Positions 41,538-54,319 of a stretch of 64,000 bases of DNA are shown piece after piece. Origin of the DNA: Styela clava (Eukaryota). The stretch spans positions 13,454,001 to 13,518,000 of the forward strand of contig NC_135252.1 of the NCBI RefSeq assembly GCF_964204865.1. Reading direction: 5' to 3'. The notes under the pieces are model-generated. The model saw nothing but the letters and a program-made list of their open reading frames with translations, was not told the DNA's origin and did not search any database. Every line of letters starts with the position of its first letter. Position 1 is the stretch's first letter. The translations under genes were made by a program, and so were the position numbers.

Positions 41538-42215
41538 ACTTAGACCTGTAGACCAAATTTTGAATACAGAAATACTTGAATTACTCTTTTGCCTAAAAAT
41601 CCAGATGCATGCTCAATGTTTTGAAATTTATATATATTTTTATACAGCACAGCCATGGCATTGTTGTATCAAATGGATTTCAGCTGACCAGTTTTTAATA
41701 CTGTAAAAGCCTGTCCCCTGAAACCTAATTATATATCTCTATGATATTTCGCTGCTATTTAAAAACTAATTTGGATTCAATAATTATGGTGACAGGTTTT
41801 ATGTAATCCAACTAGTTATCTCGTAAACATCCCAGGTTGATTGCTTCACTAATTTTCTGTTTGACAAACCTAATGTGAAAATTGTCGTTTCCCATGTGAT
41901 CTGAATAGATGACAAGTTGCAAAGAGACCATGATCACATTGGTAGTCTTTATTTATTGTTTTACGTTTCCTCTTACCAGATCATTCGTTTGCAATTTTGA
42001 TTATTTCTAGTATGCTCTAGTAGATTGAAGTATATTCAAATTGCTATATAATGTATTAATCTGTTTATATTTGTCATAATATTAATTTGATCAAGTCAAA
42101 TATTGTCAAAAAGCATTGGTCGTGCAACAGAAAATATCTAATTTTGTAATTCCTTTGGAACATTTCATTAATTTGCTTCTAGTTATCATAGCTCAACAGA
42201 TAATACATTAAGGGA

Positions 42216-43106
42216 ATGTCGAAGAAACGTATGCTTTATGTCGGAGGTCTTGCGGAAGAAGTAAATGAAAAAACTATACACTCTGCATTTATTCCATTTG
42301 GGGATATCGTTGATATCAACATTCCACTGGATTATGAAACTGAGAAACACAGAGGCTTCGCTTTTGTTGAATTTGAACTTGAAGGAGATGCAAGAGCCGC
42401 AATCGATAACATGAATGAAAGTGAATTATTCGGACGTACTATAAAAGTAAATATTGCCAGACCAATGTACACTAAGAAAGAAGGACTCTCTCACAGGCCA
42501 GTGTGGGCGGATGAAGAATGGTTGAAAAAATATGCAGTGAAAGATGAAGATGCTGAAGAGTCGATGGAAACTAATGATAAAGTATCAACAGAAAAAATTA
42601 ATAAAAAATCAAAGAACCCAAGAGTATTTTTTGATCTGCGGTTTGGCACCCAGTATGCAGGTAGAATTCTCATGGAACTACGAGCAGATGTTACACCGAA
42701 AACTGTTGAAAATTTTAGGTGCTTATGCACACATGAGAAAGGATATGGTTACAAAGGCAGTACCTTTCATCGTATTATACCACAATTCATGTGTCAAGGA
42801 GGAGACTTTACAAATCATAATGGCACAGGAGGGAAATCCATTTATGGAAAAAAATTTGAAGATGAAAACTTCACATTGAAGCACACGGGGGCAGGAGTAT
42901 TGTCTATGGCAAACTCTGGCCCAAATACAAATGGTTCTCAATTTTTCATCTGTACCGAAAAAACTGATTGGCTAGATGACAAGCATGTTGTATTTGGACA
43001 TGTTGTTGAAGGCTTAGAAGTGGTGAAAAAAATGGAAAATCTGGGTTCTAAAGATGGTAAGCCAAAACAAAAGGTTGTGATTGCAGATTGTGGAGAACTT
43101 ACATGA
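42216..43106 (+). CDS. PPIE: Peptidyl-prolyl isomerase E (Cyp33; RRM plus cyclophilin), intronless CDS
   Basis: [31 protein letters not shown]; RPVW; [28 protein letters not shown] cyclophilin domain. Confidence 0.97.
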   Translation: MSKKRMLYVGGLAEEVNEKTIHSAFIPFGDIVDINIPLDYETEKHRGFAFVEFELEGDARAAIDNMNESELFGRTIKVNIARPMYTKKEGLSHRPVWADEEWLKKYAVKDEDAEESMETNDKVSTEKINKKSKNPRVFFDLRFGTQYAGRILMELRADVTPKTVENFRCLCTHEKGYGYKGSTFHRIIPQFMCQGGDFTNHNGTGGKSIYGKKFEDENFTLKHTGAGVLSMANSGPNTNGSQFFICTEKTDWLDDKHVVFGHVVEGLEVVKKMENLGSKDGKPKQKVVIADCGELT

Positions 43107-43602
43107 AGGAAAGGAATTATATTCAATCTTCATTTTATCATCAATAACTTTGGAAAAGTATTCAAAGAAGAAGTGATACCAAAGCAGACATCCAATACAT
43201 GAAAATACAGTCATTACAAGTATGAGAAGCGTGCAGAATTTCGTTTGCACTGTCCTTATGCCATAAATACCAGGGTGCAATATAGTAACCCAACACTACC
43301 TGTAGGCGGTTCTGTACTTTATACCCATCCCAATAATATATCCTAAGTAATTTACAAGCACTATTATGCTGAAAATGTTATTTTTTATATACAACTTGAT
43401 TTAGCAGAAATTGCTAGTTCACAAGTTAATTACTAGTGATAAAAACAGATAAAAAGGTGAAAGAATAAAATTAGAAAAATGGTATCACATAAAATATTTG
43501 GAAACAGAATTAGGTATGAGACACCTATATACAAGTATCCAAATGTATGACTGATTAACATTATTACTCATAGATAAGAAATGTTTAATTTCAATTTTCT
43601 TC

Positions 43603-45065
43603 CTATGAGTCTGGTGTAGACAGCAGGCTGTGACGTTGCCATACGGAATGTGTGTATTGGATATTATTTGAATTGCTGTTGATTAGATTCTTGACATGCA
43701 TGGGCGGGGAAAGACCAAGATTCATGGCACGTTCCCATCTTTCCATTCTTGTTGAATCTATGATATGGAATAATGAGGTGTCATATAAGAATCTTCATTA
43801 TATTAAATTGCCAAACAGAGTCAGAGCATACCTATACCCCAAGTTGTATCATAAAATTTTGTACCAAATACCAAGAAGTCTAAAACAGTTCCCATTACAG
43901 TTATTTTAGTGCGACGCATGACTTACATTCTATTAATCGTCTGAAGCGACATATGACCAAATAAAGGTTTAAAATGTTTGTATCATCTTAAGAATAAGAA
44001 AAATCTAGTTTTTGGAAAAAGATTTTGATACTGTCTAACAGTGTCTATCATTGTGTGATCTTTATTTAGAATAGGAATCCATTCCATAAGGAAAATAGAA
44101 AATTGACGCCAGCTTCAGTAGGTATTTTCTCTTACCTTTGAAAATATAAATAAGAGTAAGATTTTTTAAACAAATTTTAGCACGGAAGCTTAATTTTAGA
44201 TTTTGCAAGTATACAGGTAAGATTTTTTACTGAATATCAAAGTCCTTTAAAACACTGTTTGCAAGATGATCAACTATGAGAGTGTATTTAATCTGAATGT
44301 TAAGTATAAGTTTATTTCTAATCATTAGCATAGCAGGCAATAAAATGATTGATAAAAACTGATTATGAAATCAGGAGAGCACACGAAACCTTAGATGAGG
44401 TTCAGAGCTAGTTTGGTGAATGCCGAATGTTAAAATTTATTTCTGATTGGTGATTTCATACATGTTTTGGAATCTATCTGAGATAACGAATGCCTAAGGT
44501 TTATTTTCCCCATCAATAAGAGATAGACTGCAATTGGATAAAGAGATGAGCGTTACTGTAACTTAATTTTATTCCGAAGAAGTTTACAAAAGTGTATTTC
44601 TCACCTAAACTGGGTCCAAATGAGGGATCTAAATCAAACATCCTCAGGATCTTCATATCTCTTTCTGTTTGAGCATTGCGACTGTCGGAGATCGACGTAT
44701 CTGAGTATTTTAAATAGGAAATTATCTCACTTGAATTAGACTATTGTTGACCTGTGCAAATGGATGTATGTTTGCAGCATTGAGACTTCAAAAAGCAATA
44801 TCTAATAATTGGGAGTTTCAGTAGATTGAGTAGGATAACTACGCCTAATAACTGCTGAGTATGGGCACTGAAGTACGGTAATTCGTGGTAGGAATATTAA
44901 GTGGAACTGGTACGGTACCGGTACCGTAGCCCCACCTGATGCAAATGGCTCCGGTTTTGTGTTGGGAGCTTTTTTATTCCTCTGCCGCTTTTCCTTAGAT
45001 TTGGCCGGAATTCGTTTTCTCAACTTCATATAATCGTTGATACGCTTTTGTTGTGAAGTCGACAT
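43603..45065 (-). CDS. POLD4: DNA polymerase delta subunit 4 (p12), 126 aa; exons 45065-44936, 44700-44605, 43757-43603
   Basis: Spliced translation MSTSQQKRINDYM...ILRMFDLDPSFGPSLDSTRMERWERAMNLGLSPP..V...YTHSVW matches the p12 pattern L..FDL...GP....TR..RW.RA..LGL.PP; both introns are GT-AG phase 1; 381 nt. Confidence 0.9.
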
Positions 45066-45216
45066 TTTGACGTATTGCCAGGCTTGAAAATGAATGTAAA
45101 TAAATCAAAACAAACCCACGTCAAGCGGAGCGTTGGCAGGATTTGTTTATGAATAGTCACGTGACTGTGTCCTGCTAAAGAAAGTACCGTGTTTCCCCGA
45201 AAATAAGACCTATGCA

Positions 45217-45656
45217 CCGAGCATCGACTTCCTTGTTTACTTCGTGACATTGGCCAATCAGCAAGATGAAAAAAGTGACGTAACAATATTCCCTTTTCGC
45301 ACCCGCTCAGATAGTCAGATTTTCAGGCGTGGTCGTAAACATTACCTCGTTTTCGCGTTTTTGAACTCTATTCGTTAGTTTTCAATGGTCTTTCGGAAAT
45401 TTAAATATAAATCAGATAAGTCAATGATCACCCTGTTTACCTAGAAGTTTTAATTTGATCGCAGTAATAAAAAATTAGCGTTGAAATAGCTGTGATTGAC
45501 TAGGCTGAAATTCTTTACCGGTACTTTTAAAAAACAGATTGTTGTATGCGATGAATCATAATGCTGGTTTGAAACATATGCCCCATTTTACAGACGCCAA
45601 CTGACATGGTAAAGTATAGAAAGAAATTTTCGGGGTGAAAGGTCGGGGAAAGTTCC
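45217..45656 (+). mobile_element. GGACC-terminal MITE family copy, 5' end eroded, just upstream of POLD4
   Basis: Collinear with 46547-47044; ends TCGGGGAAAGTTCC|AT. Confidence 0.8.
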
Positions 45657-46546
45657 ATCCTGAATTTTAAAACTGATTTATTGCGTTTCCCGTTATTGAC
45701 CTAGTCCTAGCCAATAACGCGAAATTTTTTTCGAACTAGTCGATAGTAGGAAATCTCTTTTACACGTTTAAAATGATTATGTTTTGCAGTTATTTTAAAT
45801 AAAAATATGTTATTTACAAGAGAGCTATGCTCAAATATATGGACATCACGACATCTAATGGCAATAATTTTAACGACGTCATAGCAAAAAGTAATAGCCC
45901 CCTAGCAAAAAATATAATCTTTGCTCATTAAAAATTTCAAAGCAGTTAATCCATTGAAGATCAGTTAGAGTTACCGGTAGGTCTGGCAAGATACCGGTAG
46001 GTACGGTACCGGAGTTAATCATACCATTCATGTTTTAGAATGCTGAAGTCATTGAGACCAATGAATAGAGTCTGGCAAAATAATACGAGTATATTATGTC
46101 ATCAATGTTCACAATGTTAATATTTCAATAAAAACAATGTATTGTTTGATAAAATATATAAAAGGGCCACATACACGTCTCATTGTGGCAGTCTTTTAAC
46201 GCAGCAATTTGAAGGTAAGTGTGGCGATTGTAGGCTACATAGGCGGAAATTGATGCTGCCCGCACGCAACCGGAAAAGTGGATATTTGGCCCGCATGTAC
46301 ATAAAGTTTGCCGAACAAAATGCTAAAGCGTTGGTTGTGGTGGTAGCCTAGCCCTAAAAGGCTCATAACGAGCAGTGCATCAGAAGCAATGAGGTCGCAT
46401 TATCAACAATAGTGCCTCATAATCAACAGCGCATTGGAAAAGGATGTTTCCCCGATCATCGATTTCCTTGTTTATTTTTGTAACAATTACAAATCAGCAA
46501 TAATTAGTTGTGTTTCCAGAAATTATTTTAAATCAAATAATGCAAT

Positions 46547-47044
46547 GGACCTTTCCCCGAGCATCGACTTCCTTGTTTACTTCGTGACCTTGGCCAATCA
46601 GCAAGATGCAAAAAGTGACGTAACGATGCTCCCTTTTGGCATCCGCTCAGACACTTTTCTCACTCAGACAGATTTTCAAGCGTGGTCGTAAACATTACCT
46701 AGTTTTCGCATTTTTGAACTCTTTTCGTTAGTTTTCAGTTGTGTTTCGGAAACTTAAATGTAAATCAGATAATTCAATGGTCACCCTGTCTTCCTAGGAG
46801 TTTTAATTTAATTGCAGTCATATAAATTAGTGTAGAAATAGCTGTGATAGACTAGGCTAAAATTCTTTACTGGTACATTTAAAAAACAGATTGTTGTATG
46901 CGATGAATCATAATGATGGTTTGAAACACATACCCCATTTCACAGGCGCCAACTCGCAAAAGCACTCTTAAAATAGCCCCGAAAATTTTGCAATTGTAAA
47001 GTATAGGAAAAATTTTTCGTGGGTTAAAAGTCGGGAAAAGGTCC
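46547..47044 (+). mobile_element. Complete ~500-bp MITE with 14-bp TIRs, flanked by AT
   Basis: AT|GGACCTTTCCCCGA ... TCGGGAAAAGGTCC|AT; two further long copies in the window. Confidence 0.85.
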
Positions 47045-47308
47045 ATTGTCATTGTGTCCTCTGAAGATCTTTAGTTTAGTCACAATAATCAAAAATTGAT
47101 ACCGCAAACGCTACAATATACTAGCTTAAAATAGCTACCAGTACCTGTAGGCGGGAATGAGGACGCAATAGGATGGCACAATATTGTCAATTCATTCATC
47201 CATTACTATTGTTAATGAAATCTATAATGACTCGACTCGTAAATAGAAGCATCAGTGATTCGACTTGACCCAGTACTCGAATTCGCTGAAACGCGGACGG
47301 GTGATGTG

Positions 47309-47846
47309 TAGGGATGGCGGAATCGAGTCCGGATTCGATTACAGAATCGATTCTTCGCGGAATCGACTAGAATCGATTCCGATGCATTGGAATCGATTCT
47401 CGAGGTCAAAACTTAGATTGCAAACAATGTGTAACCTTTTGTGGAAATTTCTTCCCAAATATGCATAAACTGTTTACTGCTATGTTGAGTTGCTACGACG
47501 CCGCAAACTTCATTAGCCTATGTATATATATATATATATATTTCGCGAGAAGACTTTTATGTTTATTTATTTATAAAAACTCCTTGGGTTCTGAAGGATT
47601 CTTTTTTTGTGCGATTTTGTCTCCTGTGACAGATTGGATACTGATACTACTTAGTTTTGGCCTTCTTGTCCGTCTATGTATTTAAACATCGCTCTCTTGT
47701 TTGATTTCATATGATGTTGCTTAGGTGGGTATGTTTCTCGGTGAGATATGTGGAGGAATCGAGATTCGGAATCGAGAATCGGAATCGAAAATTTAGGAAT
47801 CAGATAGAAATCGAATACTTGTAAGTAGTCATACTTAGCATCCTTA
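47309..47846. mobile_element. hAT-type MITE rich in GAATCGA repeats
   Basis: TAGGGATG...CATCCTTA termini; perfect 8-bp TSD GTGATGTG; the paralogous sequence at about 48313-48475 lacks the insert. Confidence 0.85.
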
Positions 47847-49167
47847 GTGATGTGCCACTGTACTTTAAGATTCTCTTTTTGCCGTGGTCATTCGATAAAG
47901 ATTTGGTGATATGTAGCCCTATTTTTATGGGATATTTCACACATCCCTTTGAACATGGGCTCTAAACAAGAAGTTACTCGTACATCTACTATGCATTTTA
48001 GGAAGAAATTTCATTGTTGTATATGAAATTATTCGATTGAATACAGCTATTGTATAAGAACGGTTTCAACTTCTGACAGCTTCACAACTTCCCCGTAGCA
48101 AAGCTCACACAAACTTTGAGAACGAGACGTAGAATTTCACTGCTAATATATTAGGTCATAAAATTGATTTACGTTGGATTTGTGACATGAAGCATGTCAT
48201 TGGTTGGATGGAGTAGAGGAGTACTTTTCTAATATTAGGACCAGTACATTATCAGCAATGATGCGGCATTGTCAACATCGCACTGGCGCATTATCAAGAA
48301 TGAGGGCGCATTAGGATGGAACAATATTGACATTCATTCAACCATTTTATTATTGTTTATGAAATCTATATTGACCAGGACTCGACTTGTGAATAGAAGC
48401 AGGAGTGGTTCGGCTTGACTTGTTACTCGAATTTGCTGCAACGGACTGGTGATATGTCACTGTAGAGATTTTCTTTGCTCCATCCTAATGCGAATCAAAT
48501 AAACCAGACAAGTGGTAAATTTTATTAAATCTCGACCGCTACAAAATCAAATTTCTAAAGTTATGAATTAGAGTACGAGTCTTCTCTTACCCGTGGTGGT
48601 GGCTTTCTGAAAGAAAGGTGTATAAACGCTTGGTTCAATTGGAAACTTGTGTTCTTCCTTATATGAAAACGCAGAAAATGACTTCGACTTTTCTCTTTGT
48701 GGCAAAATGCGGTGGTAAGGAATGCATTTTTGCATTTTTGTGGCTCTCCGAATATGGAGTTTATACAAACTAAAAAGCAAAACATGAGAAAGAATTCTAG
48801 GAATTGAAATGCTGCTGTGTTTGACAACTGCGGGCAAAAATAGGCACATTCAACCAATCATCATTTATTTGTCAAGGCAATATAAAGACATCAAGGAAAA
48901 CATTGCAAAATCGATGTTTTAACCCAACACCGCCGGATGACATATATTCAGTATTATTTAGCCTAGTCCAACTCTAAAAGATATTAATGGTGTTTTACAG
49001 TCAATGTTCTATAGTAGAGTCGTATATTTCACGAAAAAGAGACTTCAGCCATGACGCAAAGTGCGAATCGTATAAATAGCGTCGATTTTCAAATCGTCAG
49101 TCATATGTGTGAAATTGTTGACGCGACTCAGACAAGAAATCAATAGCATTAACTCCTTTATAATGAC

Positions 49168-49390
49168 TTATTACTTATCGATCTTAAGATCGGTAAGTAT
49201 ATTGATAGGTATTTGTCTGTATGTATGTCTGTCTGTCTGTGTGTGTGTCTGTTAGATGCACGCGATATCTCACGAAAGCGAGATTGAATCTGCTCCAGAT
49301 TTTGCATGTGCATTCATCTTATCTCGGACCAGAAGCCTATTGATTTTGGGCGAATTATGTCGTATAATTAGCGAGTTATCAATCATTATT
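49168..49390 (+). mobile_element. Second Helentron/DINE-1-like element, 5' portion
   Basis: Highly similar to 24550-24755, including the microsatellite; diverges afterwards and the 3' end was not located. Confidence 0.75.
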
Positions 49391-51603
49391 GGTTTAGCAT
49401 GTATTTTCAGTCATGCATATCATCCCTGGCGCTGTGATGTTTTGATAAATATAATTTCGACTGCACCATACTTGGCAGAGGTTTCGAAATTTTTCAAACG
49501 TGAAAAAAACGTAAAATTAATGATAATTTTCACGCGTAGCGGCGCGCATTAGAATGTTTACGTCTTTCTACGCGCATTTACGTCGGAAAAAGTAACATTT
49601 TTTGCATTGAGGGGAGCGTGTGCACTAATAATTAGAGCTGTGACGTCATCAAAATTGTTAATAGAAGCCTTGAACTTGAAAATTCTGTAAATACAATCGT
49701 TAATTTTAGAGTAACCATTCTTGCTATAATAGTGGTTCTAGTGTTGTTCTGTTGGAAAATAACACAAGAAAACGTTGAAATAAAAATTAATTAATTAGAA
49801 ATAATTATTAACCCTGTACTAGACACAAAATCTCGCAAGTTCAATAGAAAATTTTGAATTTTGGCGTAAAAATTTTTTTTTAGAGGACTGCGTTTTACAT
49901 ATATTGCTGAAAAGAGCTCTATCACAAGCTATTAAAAAGCCATGAGTGAAGCTATAGGGCCTGATGGTTGACAATAAAATAACCCAAGTAAAATGGCACC
50001 AGACCGACCGGCTGGATAGGGTTTTGAAGAGCTTTTTCGCGCAAAAATAATGGTGAATTTATAAGGATACATGGACATGATAATACGACAATAGAGGCAA
50101 AGATACAAAGAACCTTATATGTAATGAAGTAGAAGTATCGAAGAGTTTGTTAACAGATATGACGATAACTCACTATATAATTTATGCTCATCGCTACCTA
50201 CTGATTACACGTGTCTTTTCGAGCTCAAGCTTGAACGGGTGCTCGGTGGTAAGTATCATCACCGAAAAATTTATTATCCTAAGATTTTATTTAAGCAATG
50301 ACGCGAAATGCACTTGTCTCATACTTGGCCATTGAACACAACGTCATCTCCTCGATTCTCTACCAGCTTCTAGTTCTGATAGTGAAACACGCAAACCACA
50401 TCATAGAAAAGGCTATTCCAAAACCGTCAACATAGTTTAGGCAACTTTGTTAAAATGTCGCACGTATTCAAATTTTACAAAACAACTCTCCACGCCCATG
50501 CTTAAACTATTTTCGGTCTTTTGTTGTCGGTCCATGATTAAGGATCGCCGGTTCGTTTATTCGAGAGACTTGAACAATGGGAATTGTAGACGCAACTATA
50601 ATATATATTACGAGTCAATACAAACATAGAATTTATATGGAAAAACACGTGGTGCGAGAACTGCACCATTTAAATAAAGAATTAGTTTGCAATGTCTTCA
50701 TGGCGACTTGAATACTTGCGTTCTGATTGAAAACTCAATATTAACAATAGAAGAAAAGTATTAAACAATCAATCAATTTTATTTCGGTCCCTCTGACATG
50801 AAACAAAACAACAAAAAACGGACAAACAAAATGCAGAATACCTGGAGGAAGAGTATTTGCTTTTGTTGTTATAAGAAGGAAAAAAAACGAAAACTTGGGA
50901 AATCGCAAAACGTTGATGCGCAATTAAACAATATGGGTTTTGTGAACACACAACCAAATGAGTGTACTAAAATTTGAGTTTTACGGTGCTTGAAATCTGA
51001 ATGTGAAATGGATGGTACATATGATTAAATTTAGTAGTTTTATATAAATTTATGTAAAGTTATGTAATTTTGGAATCCTGGTTGTCCTTTGCACTAAATA
51101 TACTGCGTGAAGTTTGTATTGTTTGTTCACTAATTCGTGTGGCTTGCTAATTGGGATTCATTTCCACGCTACACGAAGATTGTAAATATCTTGCGGATCG
51201 AAGATAGATAAGTTACTTCACAGGCGCAGTTTTATGAACCGATTGCATTTTCGATCCATTATATGCAACGACTAACATACCGATTGTATGTTAGCGCGAA
51301 ATTTAGATTTTGTATTTTTGAATCGGAACCCACAATTTATCCTCTTTTAATTTAAACCGGCCGAATATATTTTTAGACGCCGTTGCGGGCACATTTATTA
51401 AAATATACCTAAGATGCAAATGTCCAGAATATGCACTTGACAACAACATCAATTTTTATAATCCTCGCGGATATCAATCATATCGGAGCCATAGAACGCT
51501 CCTTTGGCGGGAAATCTGTAGAAATCCTAAATCCCTATTCTATCTGTTTGATTCGCTGTCTACAGATCTATGCTATGCTTTACACTCGGTATCGGTGCAG
51601 CAG

Positions 51604-51843
51604 TAGGGCTGGGCATTTTCGAATACCTTGTGATTTCAGAATCGAATCGACACACCATAACAAACACGTTTTTATCAATAACTCACTACAGAAAATAGTC
51701 ATATGTTAGAATTGCGTTGAAAAAAAAATTGGGGAATTCACCTCGACCATTGGCGAAAAAAGAAAACAAGATGGCGGCGATTCGAAATTTAGCTCTGAAC
51801 CGATTCGAATAATTTACTATTGGATTCGAAATGCCCAGCCCTA
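51604..51843. mobile_element. hAT-type MITE with the same termini as 23198-23337
   Basis: TAGGGCTGGGCATTT...AAATGCCCAGCCCTA; TSD TGCAGCAG / TACAGCAG (1 mismatch). Confidence 0.8.
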
Positions 51844-51906
51844 TACAGCAGTAGTGCAAGCACGAGTATAGGAATAAAAATGGTGCAAAAAAAAAGTAAT
51901 TGGTTT

Positions 51907-52520
51907 GAAGGATGATGATAGGATAGTTTCTTAGAGATGGTAGTTTGGATGGAGCCTGTTTAAATACTCATTCTGTCATTGTAAAATATTAGCTTATAAT
52001 ATAAAAACTTTTAATTATAAACTAATGTGGGATATTCTTTCAGTAAAAGTTAAACCAAGAATTAGACATATTTCTGGGAATGATTTATGGGTATTTTGTT
52101 CTCAAGCACCAGAATTTATATCTCATTCATTTTGGAACTGTGTTTTTACACAAAATGCAGAAATGTGTATGATTCTATTTTTTTCTGTTATATTAAAAAT
52201 AAACGATTGTAAGTTGAAGTATATATATAGGCCTAAAACATGTTTGCATGTATTTTATTAGACCTAAGAAATCAGTGTTTTTCACATTTATCATTGATTA
52301 AACGTAATGCTATTACTGTATTATTCCAGACTTCTTATGTGTACTGCTAGATACAAGATTGGCAGATTTAAAAAATCCAGAAATCCCTTTCAGCATGGAG
52401 AAATATGGAAAAATTGAGACAACAACCTGATTTTATAAAAAAAAACTTGACATGATATGCAATAACCTATGACTTTTTGTATGAATTTTTATTTTCTGCC
52501 ATAAAAAATTTAAAAAAATA
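51907..52520 (+). mobile_element. Degraded 3' fragment of an L1/Tx1 LINE related to 38116-40909
   Basis: MWDILSVKVKPRIRHISGND..FC...PEFISH.FWNCVFTQN matches MWDILSIKVKPRIKHISGDD..LC...PEFVSHLFWNCVFTQN. Confidence 0.85.
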
Positions 52521-52609
52521 TTTAAAATAACTTATATTTACTTATAACTGTGATGAAAAATCTGTCTGAAAAAACAGTCTGATAGTAGTACAACATCTAT
52601 TGAACCACA

Positions 52610-53665
52610 ATGCATTCATTTTTTAAACCAGCCAGTGGATCTGGAGATGGAAAGAAATCATCCCTAACTAAGTCTGATAATGAAACAGAAAACTTGAAAC
52701 CATGGATTGAAAAATACAGACCAAAATGCGTTGATGATATCGCGCATCAGGACGAAGTCGTTGCAGTTTTAAAAAAATGTATTACAGGAGCAGACTTGCC
52801 CAATATGTTGTTCTATGGTCCCCCAGGAACCGGTAAAACATCAACCATTCTGGCCCTTTCACGAGATTTGTATGGCCCCAAATTTCGGGATAGAGTACTT
52901 GAACTCAATGCATCAGATGACAGAGGCATATCAGTGGTGAGAGACAAGATAAAAAATTTTGCACAGTTGTCTGTAAGCAGTTTACAAGGCGGAAAGTCGC
53001 CTTCGTTCAAGATAATCATATTAGATGAGGCAGACTCTATGACGAAAGCTGCACAACAAGCTTTGAGAAGGACGATGGAGAAGCAAACGAAAACTACAAG
53101 ATTTTGCCTTATTTGTAATTATGTCACAAGAATCATTGCACCGATTACATCAAGATGTTCAAAATTTCGATTCAAACCTTTGTCTGAAGAGGATCAGAAA
53201 AAAAGGTTACTCAGAGTAGCAGAAACAGAATCCGTTAAAATATCAGAAGATGCGATGGATAGTATGGTAAAATGTTCAGAGGGGGATTTGCGAAAAGCAA
53301 TGACATTTTTACAAACTGCACATAGACTTAAAGGAGACGAAGGCATAGCAATCGAAGATGTTCTCGAGATAACAGGTGTAATACCAGATCCAGTAATCAA
53401 ATCATTTCTCAATAGTTGTTCTTCAAATTCATACGAAAATCTCCTAAAAACAGTGCAAGAGATATCAGCTGATGGCCATGCCGCGGCTCAATTGGTCTCA
53501 CAGCTCCATGATGAAATTGTTATTATGCCATCTCTCACTGATGAGCAAAAATGTGCCATAACTGAAAAATTAGCAACCCTCGATTATTGTCTCAATGATG
53601 GTGCGGATGAATACCTCCAACTTATGTCACTTGGAACTCTTATTCAGCAACAAATTTGCTCATGA
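52610..53665 (+). CDS. RFC4: Replication factor C subunit 4, intronless CDS
   Basis: [67 protein letters not shown] and DGADEYLQL. Confidence 0.96.
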   Translation: MHSFFKPASGSGDGKKSSLTKSDNETENLKPWIEKYRPKCVDDIAHQDEVVAVLKKCITGADLPNMLFYGPPGTGKTSTILALSRDLYGPKFRDRVLELNASDDRGISVVRDKIKNFAQLSVSSLQGGKSPSFKIIILDEADSMTKAAQQALRRTMEKQTKTTRFCLICNYVTRIIAPITSRCSKFRFKPLSEEDQKKRLLRVAETESVKISEDAMDSMVKCSEGDLRKAMTFLQTAHRLKGDEGIAIEDVLEITGVIPDPVIKSFLNSCSSNSYENLLKTVQEISADGHAAAQLVSQLHDEIVIMPSLTDEQKCAITEKLATLDYCLNDGADEYLQLMSLGTLIQQQICS

Positions 53666-54319
53666 GTTAGGGATTTTTTTCTACACTGCCAAATAGGGAT
53701 GATATATTTTGGTGGAATATATCACTTTCATCATGCGCCAACCTGGTCAATACAACTTATGTGCTTATGTTATACCAGATTTCTTATTCCAGAATTTGTC
53801 CATGCACTAAAATTATACAGGAATTAATTCTTCATACACCAGCAGTGTCATGAGGTACAAGAGATTTTTAGAGAGTATCAACTAATGCTAACTGTGGACT
53901 TCATGAATCATTACATTGAAGTTATTATGAACCTCATAGTAATAATTCAACTCCATGTGTACTACCATAAATGCGGAAAAATAAGCGAATTCCTGTCTAA
54001 ATGTTTCTGTTATTAAATTTTTTCACTGAGTTGAAGTTTTGCAATGTGTATAACATGGAAAATCAAAATAAGGTCAAATATTTAAGTCTTTAATTTACGG
54101 GGAGTACGTATTCTCCAACAGGTTTAACAGAAGTGATGTGGGATAGGAATAAGAGCAGGTTCAGCCCCCCCAATACATGAGAAGGTTGGTGGTTCGAAAA
54201 CCAGAATTTACCAGGCAAATGGTGCCCATGACATAACAGGAAAAAGACTATAAGAATCTCTAGACATAACTGTATATTGAAAGAGACTTTGGTGGGAATA
54301 ATATTAATTCAATATAAAC

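Noticed and set aside
44911-44928. Perfect palindromes TACGGTACCGGTACCGTA and TGCATAGCGCTATGCA (20598-20613)
   Set aside because: GGTACC/ACCGGT simple motifs recur throughout the window; no evidence of function
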